In this document: positions 18,423 through 27,073 of the stretch, one piece after another | Layout of the letters: every line of letters begins with the position of its first letter | Numbering within the stretch: position 1 is the first letter of the stretch | Source of the DNA: an uncultured virus (IMG/VR IMGVR_UViG_3300002835_000092) | Lineage: Duplodnaviria; Heunggongvirae; Uroviricota; Caudoviricetes | Strand: one strand, 5' to 3' | DNA length: 29,562 nucleotides | Virus record (IMG/VR): IMGVR_UViG_3300002835_000092 | The notes under the pieces: model-generated | The model's database searches: none | Told to the model about the DNA's origin: nothing | The model's input: only the letters and a program-made list of their open reading frames with translations | Position numbers and translations under genes: made by a program

Positions 18423-19727
18423 TTAAACATTGTATAAAATTAATAAATCACTTGCTCTTGTGATACCTGTATAAAATAATCTTGTTTTCTCTTTTTGACT
18501 TGGATTGCGATTAATATTTCCAACATTAAGAATTGCTTGTTTATATGTACTTCCTTGTGATTTATGTACTGTAATAGCATGATTATATTTTACTTTGGCA
18601 AATCTGTCTTCAAAAGCATTTTTGTATGTCCATTTTATTTTCTTATTAAGACAACTATATTTTAACAGAGTTAATACAGCATTTAATTGTTTTTCTGCAT
18701 CTTCGTGTATAATAAAAACACCTTTCCATTGTAATTTTCCATCACCCCATTCATCAACCTGTTTACCATTAACAATATAAGTTTTTAATACAACTACATT
18801 AATTTTCATAGGATTTTCTTCCATCATTACATTGAAAGAAATATCAGCAATATCAAGTGTATTGACTTTGATTTCTTGATTTGTAAAATATGTTTGATAA
18901 GGTTCATCAAAGATAAGACTTTCTCCTAATTCAATCTTTGCAGGATTAGTATAAATTTTTTCTCTTACTAATGTATTAATTTTATCTACTTCTTTGTTTT
19001 CCCAAGCTAAATATTTTAACTCATCAGAACCATTTATAGTAGCTAATTCATTAATAATTCTATCCTCATCTGTAGTATAAACAAAACCTTTATTATCAAC
19101 TGTTCTTCCTTGTAAATCCCACATAGCACTCATATTTCTACTCAATGTTATAATAGGATTACCTTCTCCTTGTCTGATAATTTCAGTTAATTCTACTTCT
19201 GGATAACCTTGTAAAAATACAGGACTTTCTTCTTCTTTTACTGGATTTATTTGTTTATCATCTCCAATAAAAATAACAGTTGTTTTGTTTATTGTAGCAT
19301 GTTCTTCAATCCAACCTAACATTTCCTCTCCTATCATAGATGATTCATCTATAATTAGTAATGCTACACCAACTAAAGGCATATATTTAGGATTATTAGA
19401 AATTAAAGGTTTAAAACTTTTTATACCTGTATTTTTATCAGTAACCATACCAATTTTCAATGCAGAATGAATAGTAATTAAACTTAAATTTTTAGCATCT
19501 TCTTTTTCTGTAATTTTCCCAGCTAATACTGAAACAGCTTTGTTTGTTGGAGCAGAACAATAAATAGATTTGTATTTAGGAATAGCTTTAGATAAAACTT
19601 TTAATAATTCATCTACCATAAATGTCTTTCCTACTCCAGCAGAACCTTTAATCAATAACCTTTTAGAAGTTTCAAGTATTTCTAAAGATTCATTTAAAAT
19701 GTCTGTTTGGTGGCTTGTTAATCCCAT
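18423..19727 (-). CDS. SF1B (Dda/RecD-like) DNA helicase
   Basis: Motifs GSAGVGKT, APTNKA, IIDESSM, GDDKQI, IIRQ, AITVHKSQGST and YTGITRA. Confidence 0.93.
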   Translation of the reverse strand: MGLTSHQTDILNESLEILETSKRLLIKGSAGVGKTFMVDELLKVLSKAIPKYKSIYCSAPTNKAVSVLAGKITEKEDAKNLSLITIHSALKIGMVTDKNTGIKSFKPLISNNPKYMPLVGVALLIIDESSMIGEEMLGWIEEHATINKTTVIFIGDDKQINPVKEEESPVFLQGYPEVELTEIIRQGEGNPIITLSRNMSAMWDLQGRTVDNKGFVYTTDEDRIINELATINGSDELKYLAWENKEVDKINTLVREKIYTNPAKIELGESLIFDEPYQTYFTNQEIKVNTLDIADISFNVMMEENPMKINVVVLKTYIVNGKQVDEWGDGKLQWKGVFIIHEDAEKQLNAVLTLLKYSCLNKKIKWTYKNAFEDRFAKVKYNHAITVHKSQGSTYKQAILNVGNINRNPSQKEKTRLFYTGITRASDLLILYNV

Positions 19728-19770
19728 TTGAATAATTTTTCATATTAATAATTTATTTTTTAACATTAGT

Positions 19771-19809
19771 AAAAAAACAGAAAGTGAAGAAAAAATCTTC
19801 ACTTTCTGT
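19771..19809 (-). terminator. intrinsic terminator
   Basis: 14-bp inverted repeat ACAGAAAGTGAAGA/TCTTCACTTTCTGT followed by a T-run on the minus strand. Confidence 0.8.
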
Positions 19810-19828
19810 AAATAATTGATAAATTAGT

Positions 19829-20479
19829 TTAAAGAACTTTTTGACCAGCTTCTTCTAATTCATTTTTAATTTCTGCTGTTAGATATACATCTAATGGTTC
19901 AGCAGTTCTTGTGTCCATATCTCCAATAGAGCTTACTTTGAAGCAAACTTGACGATATTGACATTTTCCATTTTCATCCAATACCAAACTTCCTGCATCA
20001 GGATGATTGTCTGGGTATCTAACAACTTGTCTGTTACCAATAACATCCATAGTAGTCAATCCAGCAGTAATAGCATATTTTTGACTATCATTTAAGATTG
20101 GTTTGTTAGACAAAACTCTGTAAAGAGTAGCATTAGGAAAACTTTTCAATATTTCTGTTACAGATTCAATAGTAGAATCTACAGGAACATCAATCCAAGC
20201 AACTCTTGTTTCAACATTTTCATAAGGTTCATTTTCTTTAAAACCAAAATCTTTGATATCAAAAATGTTGTCTTGCATGTCATTGCTTACAGACTTACTT
20301 GGGTAAAAACTCAAGGTTTTTACAGTCTGTTTAATTTCAGCAGATAATGTGCCTTCTTTTTGCCAAGCACTTTTATATACTCTTGTAACTTCTAAACCTG
20401 CTTTTGAGATTTCTTTTCTGATTCTTTCTTGTGCTTCTGCAACTGTAGAATCAACTGGTGTTTGAACTGTTGTGTTCAT
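19829..20479 (-). CDS. hypothetical protein (216 aa)
   Basis: Long ORF flanked by terminator-like hairpins. Confidence 0.8.
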   Translation of the reverse strand: MNTTVQTPVDSTVAEAQERIRKEISKAGLEVTRVYKSAWQKEGTLSAEIKQTVKTLSFYPSKSVSNDMQDNIFDIKDFGFKENEPYENVETRVAWIDVPVDSTIESVTEILKSFPNATLYRVLSNKPILNDSQKYAITAGLTTMDVIGNRQVVRYPDNHPDAGSLVLDENGKCQYRQVCFKVSSIGDMDTRTAEPLDVYLTAEIKNELEEAGQKVL

Positions 20480-20905
20480 AATGTAAAAAATTAAATGTTA
20501 AAAAATAAATGAATAAAATTAATGATAAAAAAAATGAGAAATCCCCAAAACTCATTTTACCGAATAATAGAAATAATAGTTTACAACAAATTTAAAACTT
20601 AATTTTAAAATGCTCTACTATCAGTCTATCAAAGAACTTATGGATTTTTTAATACCAACAAGAATATTTAACATAATATGTTTTGTGCTATGCATCTACA
20701 TATTTAATAGGTTAGCTTTAACCTCGAACTTTATTTTAATTTACTGTTCTAATTTTGTGTAAAACTAAATGATTCTCAAACGGAGAATAAATATTGACTG
20801 AACTTACTGGCATATTGTCTTCATCATATATCTTGGTACAAGAAATTCAGATTACTAACTCACACAGGCTTGGCAGGATTGATTTATTCATTTGTTATAT
20901 TATAA

Positions 20906-21001
20906 AAAAGTTTAGATAGAAATTATTTGTAGCCACATTATACTACCAACTATGTATGTAGGGTTGCTCCCACTATGTCTAATTTCGCACTCTAAACTTT
21001 T
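20906..21001. ncRNA. putative structured RNA (~95 nt interrupted hairpin)
   Basis: Nested stems AAAAGTTTAGA/TCTAAACTTTT and GAAATTA/TAATTTC enclose a GC-richer core. Confidence 0.3.
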
Positions 21002-21010
21002 AAGTTTTAA

Positions 21011-21120
21011 AAAGAATGTAATTACAAAGAGATTTGAACTCTTATTCCTATTTTTCAAGGTCTTAACCAATGATTATGAGAACTTCCCTCATAATTCTAA
21101 AATGATATAATTACATCTTT
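21011..21120 (-). ncRNA. tRNA-like element / degenerate tRNA
   Basis: T-arm AAGAG-TTCAAAT-CTCTT, D-loop-like TGGTTAAG and closing stem ATGTAATTATA/TGTAATTACAT; has an extra hairpin and no canonical anticodon arm. Confidence 0.4.
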
Positions 21121-21144
21121 AAACTGCTGATATACAGCTTGTTG

Positions 21145-21561
21145 TGGAGTGGCTGGGAATCGAACCCAGGTCTTACTTATTTCGATATTATAATTTTATA
21201 CAGCTTTAGTAGCAGAACTTTACTTAAACCCTCATCTGGACTACCATTCAGGGTTACATCTCTTTCAATTCTTCATGTTAGAACAGGGTCAAACTGATTT
21301 CTCAATATGACGAATCCACCAGAGCATTTATTTATAAGGGTAACACACAAAACCCTACTGATGTTTAGGCAGCAACTGCAACATCTTCTCTAATTAAAGA
21401 GAAAACCATATTCATATTTGCTTCAACTTGTGCGTTATCTTCTAAAGACACTACACTATTATTTGTGTTTCCAATTACTTGATTTCACCTTAGTTTTAAA
21501 CAGTTATCTCTCTGTGCTGAATTATAATACTTAACACAAGCAATCAATACCAGACCACCCC
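21145..21561 (-). ncRNA. ssrA: tmRNA (one-piece, 417 nt)
   Basis: 5' GGGGTGGTCTGGTATTGA and 3' GACCTGGGTTCGATTCCCAGCCACTCCA. Acceptor stem GGGGUGG/CCACUCC has the G3-U wobble and an A discriminator. Helix 2 TATTATAATT/AATTATAATA plus CAGC/GCTG. Tag ORF starts at nt 90 and ends VAVAA-stop. Confidence 0.93.
21365..21472 (-). other. tmRNA tag reading frame (35 codons): GNTNNSVVSLEDNAQVEANMNMVFSLIREDVAVAA*
   Basis: Resume codon GGA preceded by AGUAAUU (U at -5, A at -4), at tmRNA position 90. Confidence 0.8.
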
Positions 21562-21575
21562 TTTTTTTAAAAAAT

Positions 21576-21715
21576 GCTTGTCTTTCCAAGCTGTCAAGTT
21601 ATCTTAACTATTGATTTTCCCCTATTTTGGAAATTTATTTTTCCGCCATAAACCATTAGGGTTTGGTGTGTGTCCTATCTGCTTACTCCACACATTCACA
21701 TACACAGATGAATAT
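21576..21715 (-). ncRNA. putative small structured RNA ending in a C4-antisense-like hairpin
   Basis: TGACAGCTTGGAAAGACAAGC at 21596-21576, preceded by several GC-richer stems. The C4 resemblance is from memory and unverified. Confidence 0.35.
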
Positions 21716-21739
21716 ATTATGAAAATTATTAATGTAATA

Positions 21740-21785
21740 AAAAATACTTATATAATAGAACCAAACTTATTATATAAGTATTTTT
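21740..21785. terminator. 18-bp perfect inverted repeat, terminator-like in both directions
   Basis: AAAAATACTTATATAATA / TATTATATAAGTATTTTT. Confidence 0.65.
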
Positions 21786-22491
21786 GTTAGTAAGAAATAT
21801 GCATCTTTCTTTACCCTGTAATATTTCAATGTTAATCCTGACACATTTCTCTGATTTCCTTGAATAATTACTAACTGGAGATTGCTGAACTGATGATTCT
21901 GTATTTAATGTCTATTAATATCATCTGAAATGAAGACATGGTATTTTAAAATCTTTTGACCTGCCTTGTGTACAGGTAGTTTCTCTATAAGATTCTCACT
22001 AATTCTGAATGAAGAAAGCAAAAGATTTATAAGATAAATTAGTAATATAATAAAAGCTGTAACATATTTAATAAACTGATACACTATTCCTAAAATAGAG
22101 GTTCTCAATTAACTCCTTACCGAAATTCAAGGTATTTATTATCATTTACAATTTAAACATGAAGGACATCTGCTATATTTCATACAGTTGTAAGTTTTTC
22201 CTGTGGTAATTTTCCTCATGTACTTTTATTGCCCCACAGACCTGGACATTTTTCATTACTAATTTAAAGGATAAATTTCAAGTTTTTATTATACATTAAT
22301 TAAGCTGTCCTGCCAATTTAGAAGATTGGTGCTATGTCAATGACCTGGAATATTATTGAGAGTTTCCAGAACTTTTTTCTCTCTACTTGAAATTTAATTT
22401 TTAGAAAAATGAATGAATCAAAACTTTAATTAAAGGATTACATGATTCATTCATCTTCTGTTAATAAACCCAACTCTATCAACAATGTTTC

Positions 22492-22701
22492 TTACATAGA
22501 TTCTAATTTAGCTAAATCATTAGTTAAAATATCTATTTGTTTTTTTCTGTCAGCTATAAGTATATTTCTCATTTCTATTAGAATATTTGATTGTTCATCA
22601 ACATCAAATTCTTGTTGCATAAGAAATATAACTTTTTCTGCTTGACTATATGTTTTTTGTGCTTTGGTTGGAGCAAAGAAGTTTTTAATTTTTTCAATCA
22701 T
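22492..22701 (-). CDS. hypothetical protein (69 aa)
   Basis: ATG with A-rich leader; followed by a hairpin at 22409-22454. Confidence 0.7.
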   Translation of the reverse strand: MIEKIKNFFAPTKAQKTYSQAEKVIFLMQQEFDVDEQSNILIEMRNILIADRKKQIDILTNDLAKLESM

Positions 22702-22726
22702 AAGATTAATTTTTAAAAAGTTATGA

Positions 22727-22754
22727 AAATAAAGTCCAAAATTAATTGGACTTT
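22727..22754 (-). terminator. terminator-like hairpin
   Basis: AAAGTCCAA/TTGGACTTT with a T-rich tail on the minus strand. Confidence 0.5.
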
Positions 22755-22769
22755 AAATCATTTGATGTT

Positions 22770-22940
22770 TTAGTAGTGGAGACTTGCTCTTACACCAATT
22801 ACATTTTGAGAGATTATTCTATTAGTTAAACCATTTTGAATGTATTTAACTTCTACTTCTAATCTTTTTCCCATAATGTTTCTTATCTTATTAGAAGAAG
22901 CTACTAATCTTCCTACTAATATTCTGTTTCTCTTTGTCAT
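22770..22940 (-). CDS. small basic protein (56 aa), absent from ORF track
   Basis: MTKRNRILVGRLVASSNKIRNIMGKRLEVEVKYIQNGLTNRIISQNVIGVRASLHY; preceded by the ACCCAACA motif and the repeated promoter-like motif. Confidence 0.6.
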   Translation of the reverse strand: MTKRNRILVGRLVASSNKIRNIMGKRLEVEVKYIQNGLTNRIISQNVIGVRASLHY

Positions 22941-23025
22941 TGTTAATAATTTTATGTTGGGTTAATATTCACACTCTAATGTCCTTGAACTACAATACTC
23001 TTAAAAGAGAAACTTTATTGTAATG

Positions 23026-23050
23026 CTACAAATAAGTGAGGGTTTTGAAA
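23026..23050 (-). promoter_or_regulatory. repeated phage promoter-like motif, copy 1
   Basis: TTTCAAAACCCTCACTTATTTGTAG on the minus strand; 16-nt core identical in 4 intergenic copies. Confidence 0.7.
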
Positions 23051-23062
23051 TAGGGTTATATA

Positions 23063-23100
23063 ATAAAAAAACATAAAGTAATATACCTTATGTTTTTTAT
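23063..23100 (-). terminator. terminator-like hairpin after lipoprotein gene
   Basis: AAAAAACATAA/TTATGTTTTTT inverted repeat. Confidence 0.55.
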
Positions 23101-23104
23101 ATTT

Positions 23105-23671
23105 TTAATTTATTTTGTCCATTAAGACTTTTAAACTTGCTTGGTCCTTAACAGATATAATAGTTAATCTATTAACAGGATTTCTAAATGATAATGGAAC
23201 AGTAGATACAACATATTTCATATTATGTTCTATATAAATATCTTCTGGTGTAAAACCAAATACTGCATCACCATTTGTACCATAACTACCATCTTCAGCA
23301 GGACTTGGTAAGACTGAATATGACCCAGCTTCATAAGAAGAATTTTTTATAATTTGTTCAGTATTAGTTAATTGTGAATTAACAGAACTAATTTTATTAA
23401 CTTGGTAATATCCAATTGGGTCTTGAACTCCTTCAATAAAAATATACATATAAAACATTACTGTTCTATCATTCTGAAGTTTGAATCTCTTAATAAGATT
23501 ATCTCTTTCTAATGACCATGTAATTCTTGGAGCTGGTTGAACTTGATTCAATTGTTGTTGATTTACTTCAGTTTGAGCTTGTTCATGTAAAGCTGATTTA
23601 TTATTTCTTCCTTGTTGTTCACAAGAAAATAATAAAAATGTTAATGCTAATATTAAAAATATCTTTTTCAT
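23105..23671 (-). CDS. lipoprotein (188 aa)
   Basis: Signal peptide with lipobox MKKIFLILALTFLLFS-C. Confidence 0.8.
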   Translation of the reverse strand: MKKIFLILALTFLLFSCEQQGRNNKSALHEQAQTEVNQQQLNQVQPAPRITWSLERDNLIKRFKLQNDRTVMFYMYIFIEGVQDPIGYYQVNKISSVNSQLTNTEQIIKNSSYEAGSYSVLPSPAEDGSYGTNGDAVFGFTPEDIYIEHNMKYVVSTVPLSFRNPVNRLTIISVKDQASLKVLMDKIN

Positions 23672-23676
23672 AATTT

Positions 23677-24063
23677 TTATTTGTTATAGTTAGAAAATTG
23701 ATTTACATCTAATTGATATGGTAGTTCATTGGATTTCCATAAACTTCTTCCCCACATTTTAGATTTACCATTATAAACCTCTACCCAATGATTTAATTGA
23801 GTTTTTATAGTATTAACTCTTTGAGTTTTACTAAATTGTTCAAACATTTTATCAGTTTCAGGTAAACTTTGCATATTACCTAAATCAGTATTCAATTTTG
23901 AACAAGTATTGAATATCTCTTGATATTCTTCATAAACAATGGTTGCATCATCTATGTGTGTAGCTTTTACACCTTGATTACAGCTTCTTACTGATAATCC
24001 AATTAAAAAGGATAATGATAATATAACTACCAATACTCCAAAAACTTTTAAGACTTCTTTCAT
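23677..24063 (-). CDS. membrane-anchored helical protein (128 aa)
   Basis: N-terminal TM helix followed by VRSC; paired with the downstream lipoprotein gene. Confidence 0.8.
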   Translation of the reverse strand: MKEVLKVFGVLVVILSLSFLIGLSVRSCNQGVKATHIDDATIVYEEYQEIFNTCSKLNTDLGNMQSLPETDKMFEQFSKTQRVNTIKTQLNHWVEVYNGKSKMWGRSLWKSNELPYQLDVNQFSNYNK

Positions 24064-24090
24064 AATTATTTATTTAATTTTAATATTTTT

Positions 24091-24597
24091 TTAAAATTGC
24101 CACTCACTTTTTGTTATAGTATAAGTGTTTGTTTGAGTATTATATAACAATGTACCATCATAAATAGTATCAATACAAATAAACAATTGGAAAGTTTGAG
24201 TATGTGTTTTATTTAAAACTACTTCTCCAGTTTGAACATTTATTATTTTAATTGTTACATATTGAACAGCTATACCTTTACCTGAATTTGCATTAGCATT
24301 ATTGAATGCTGGTAATTTAAGTTTAACTCCAATAACATTACCACTTAATACTTTTTCATAATCAATTTGAGAAGGATTACTTCCTGTATTAGTAAATGTT
24401 TCTATATTGTTGTCAGATATAAATTGAGTATCAACAATATAAGGACTTGTAATTGTATTACAGTTATTGGTTGTAATACTTGCTGAAACAATTACTTTGA
24501 ATTGATTTTCAGAAGAGGTTCTTGCAACTTCATCTGTTGAACAAGAGAATATTACTAAACTTACTAAAGTTAGTAATAAAAATTTAAGATTTTTCAT
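24091..24597 (-). CDS. lipoprotein, beta-rich (168 aa)
   Basis: MKNLKFLLLTLVSLVIFS-CSTDE lipobox with acidic residues after the Cys. Confidence 0.8.
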   Translation of the reverse strand: MKNLKFLLLTLVSLVIFSCSTDEVARTSSENQFKVIVSASITTNNCNTITSPYIVDTQFISDNNIETFTNTGSNPSQIDYEKVLSGNVIGVKLKLPAFNNANANSGKGIAVQYVTIKIINVQTGEVVLNKTHTQTFQLFICIDTIYDGTLLYNTQTNTYTITKSEWQF

Positions 24598-24608
24598 CTG
24601 TGTTATTT

Positions 24609-24857
24609 TTAAGGTTTATAATTTTGATTTTTAAATAATTTTATTCTGATAGAATAAGGATTATTTATTAATGAAGATTCATGCTCTAACAAAAGTTCAT
24701 TAATATTTTTTGGTTCTTTATTATGTTCATCAAGCTCTTCCATCATGGTTTCCCAAGTTTCATGTTTTTTAAGAGTTCTTAATAATTCAGAATTTTTACC
24801 ATGTATGACATCTATAATGTCATCATCACTATATATTACTACAGTTTCAAAGTTCAT
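24609..24857 (-). CDS. hypothetical protein (82 aa)
   Basis: Packed ORF with ATTATG start. Confidence 0.7.
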   Translation of the reverse strand: MNFETVVIYSDDDIIDVIHGKNSELLRTLKKHETWETMMEELDEHNKEPKNINELLLEHESSLINNPYSIRIKLFKNQNYKP

Positions 24858-24875
24858 AATGTTTGTAAGGATTTG

Positions 24876-25289
24876 TTAATTACCAGCATCTAAAGAAGGT
24901 AATGGAATTATAACTAATTTAAGTGCTTCTTGAAGTCCAATTTCTAATACTTCTTCATATTTTCCTTGAATAGGAGAATTATGTGAAGCTATATTGTTCA
25001 ACCATATATTTTCATCAACAATAAAACACCAGACATTAATATTATGAACTTCTCTTAACCACTTTTGCAATTGGCTTTGGGTAGGTGCTGATACATATTG
25101 TCTATATTTATCTTGAAAACAAGAATGATTCCAATTAGATATTCCACCAAATCTTCTTTCTCCCTGATTTAATATTGTACCCATTTCAGGATGTTCCCAA
25201 TTAATAAATTGGTATTTATCTTGAGTTGATATATCAAATCCTTTATCTTTAGCTAATTTAGCTGTTAGATATGATACTAATTCTTCCAT
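24876..25289 (-). CDS. hypothetical phage protein (137 aa)
   Basis: VSYLTAKLAKDKGF...SAPTQSQLQKWLRE resembles a recurrent Bacteroidetes-phage family of unknown function. Confidence 0.75.
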   Translation of the reverse strand: MEELVSYLTAKLAKDKGFDISTQDKYQFINWEHPEMGTILNQGERRFGGISNWNHSCFQDKYRQYVSAPTQSQLQKWLREVHNINVWCFIVDENIWLNNIASHNSPIQGKYEEVLEIGLQEALKLVIIPLPSLDAGN

Positions 25290-25448
25290 TTTAAAAAGTT
25301 GTTAATAAGTATTTTTATATTGATATGAAAATACTTGATTGTTAATTTTATTTCTTATAACTTTGCTCACGAAGTTCTTCTTCGCTGCCATGCAGACAAG
25401 AAACAAAACTTCATCACTCTGTGAAAGACCTATAACTATGAAGTTTCT

Positions 25449-26048
25449 TTAAATATTTGGTTCTTTGTTCTTCAAAAAGTAAATTTCTTCAATTTCTTTT
25501 ACATCAAATTCTGTTAGATTAAACCATTCTCCTCTTATTCTTTTATGTTTATATTTTTTATGTAAATAATTTTCTATATCTACATCACAAGTATAAATTA
25601 AAGTAATATTTGGTTGTTCAGCTTTTAAAGTTTTTTCTCTATTTAGAGGATTTATACTTCTTCCTATTTTATAATAACCTGTTTGGTTATCTAAAATCAA
25701 ATATGTTTTTTTACTATCAAAAGATTTTTCAAATTCTTTATGATGTGGTAATGGTTTTAATAATTTCTTATTTCTTACAGCTTTGAATTTAAAACTAATA
25801 AATGTGGCTAATGTAAAAGCAACAGTTTTACCTGTTTTAGTATAAATATCATTTGGTGTTTTATCAATTAGTTCTTCAAGTTCTTTTATTACACTATTGA
25901 TTTCATTAATATGAAAAAAATGAATGCAAATTCTCTCTCCAACAGAATTAATACATAATACTTTATGATAATCTAAACTTTTTAAATATCTTCTTTCATC
26001 AAGAGAAAGTAATTTTCTTCTTCTTAATTCTGCTAATGTTATAGTCAT
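25449..26048 (-). CDS. GIY-YIG superfamily (T5orf172/MUG113-like) nuclease domain protein
   Basis: YLILDNQTGYYKIGRS...RE...IENYLHKKY...RIRGEWF; ATG at 26048 preferred. Confidence 0.8.
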   Translation of the reverse strand: MTITLAELRRRKLLSLDERRYLKSLDYHKVLCINSVGERICIHFFHINEINSVIKELEELIDKTPNDIYTKTGKTVAFTLATFISFKFKAVRNKKLLKPLPHHKEFEKSFDSKKTYLILDNQTGYYKIGRSINPLNREKTLKAEQPNITLIYTCDVDIENYLHKKYKHKRIRGEWFNLTEFDVKEIEEIYFLKNKEPNI

Positions 26049-26065
26049 ATTTATTTGTTTTAAAT

Positions 26066-26416
26066 TTAAGAACTCAATCTTTCTACTAACCAATTTCCTA
26101 AATTTTCTTGAATTTCAGAAGCTCTATTAGTATTAAATTGATAATTTGAAGTTAAATTACTCCATCCTCTAATCATAATGAATCTTTCTCCATGATTTCT
26201 TGTAATAATAGAAGTTGATGGATAATAATTTATAGGATTATAATCAGGTATTTCTTCTGTATCTTTATTTATAGCATTTAATCTATATAATATCTTACCT
26301 TGTTCTTCTCTTGACACATTAATAAATTCAAAAGCAATATTTCCTTTCATATCATATACTTTTGAATCATAATCAAGTGTATGGAATGGTCTAACATAAA
26401 AATCTGGTTCTTTCAT
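26066..26416 (-). CDS. hypothetical phage protein (116 aa)
   Basis: Packed ORF containing an IRGWSNLT motif. Confidence 0.75.
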   Translation of the reverse strand: MKEPDFYVRPFHTLDYDSKVYDMKGNIAFEFINVSREEQGKILYRLNAINKDTEEIPDYNPINYYPSTSIITRNHGERFIMIRGWSNLTSNYQFNTNRASEIQENLGNWLVERLSS

Positions 26417-26755
26417 AATTAAATGATTAAATTAAAAATTCAATAGTAGTTTGAAGAGTAATTCTAATAGGAATTGTACATTCTATTTATTACTCTTCAT
26501 TTTCTACTATCATTACAAGAGTTAATTAAGCCACTCTATAAAGCTATGATAAAAAAATATAATAGGAAAGTGATTTCAACTTTCTTCGTAGTGTATTCCT
26601 TCATTTATGCCTGTACAAACAATAAATTGAGTAATGCTCACAACTATTCACTACTACAGCATTTCTACATCTTATGATGAATCTATTATATTAAAAATAT
26701 TAGGCTTACCAACAGCAAGAATTACAAATATCTTGTGATACCAACTAACATTTTA

Positions 26756-27073
26756 TTATTTTACAATTATATTATAATCTCTTGCCATTATTTTGATAAC
26801 ATTTTTAATGTTTAATGCAGAGATATAAATACAATGTGGTTTTTTAGTAATTTTCTTTTGAGCAACAATATTACCTTTCATGGCATCTTCAAATTTTACT
26901 GCTGGTAATTCATCAAAGATAGCTTTTTCAATAGTTTGCTTCTCTAAATTTACTTCAAATAGAGTATGATTCTTTTGAGGTCTCATTCTTCCCTCTAATA
27001 CAGTTTGAATTTCCTGAACTTGTTGTTTAGTAATTTCAATCTTATCTGGCTTTTTTTCTTCTAATTCTTTCAT
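26756..27073 (-). CDS. hypothetical protein (105 aa)
   Basis: ORF preceded by the ACCCAACA motif. Confidence 0.75.
   Translation of the reverse strand: MKELEEKKPDKIEITKQQVQEIQTVLEGRMRPQKNHTLFEVNLEKQTIEKAIFDELPAVKFEDAMKGNIVAQKKITKKPHCIYISALNIKNVIKIMARDYNIIVK

Noticed and set aside
21905..22108. 67-aa ORF in the RNA island
   Set aside because: TTG start, composition typical of random AT-rich sequence and overlap with paired stems; not excluded but unsupported
22447..22494. In-frame extension ETLLIELGLLTEDE after the TAA of the 69-aa ORF
   Set aside because: Its end coincides with one arm of the 22409-22454 hairpin; no evidence for read-through
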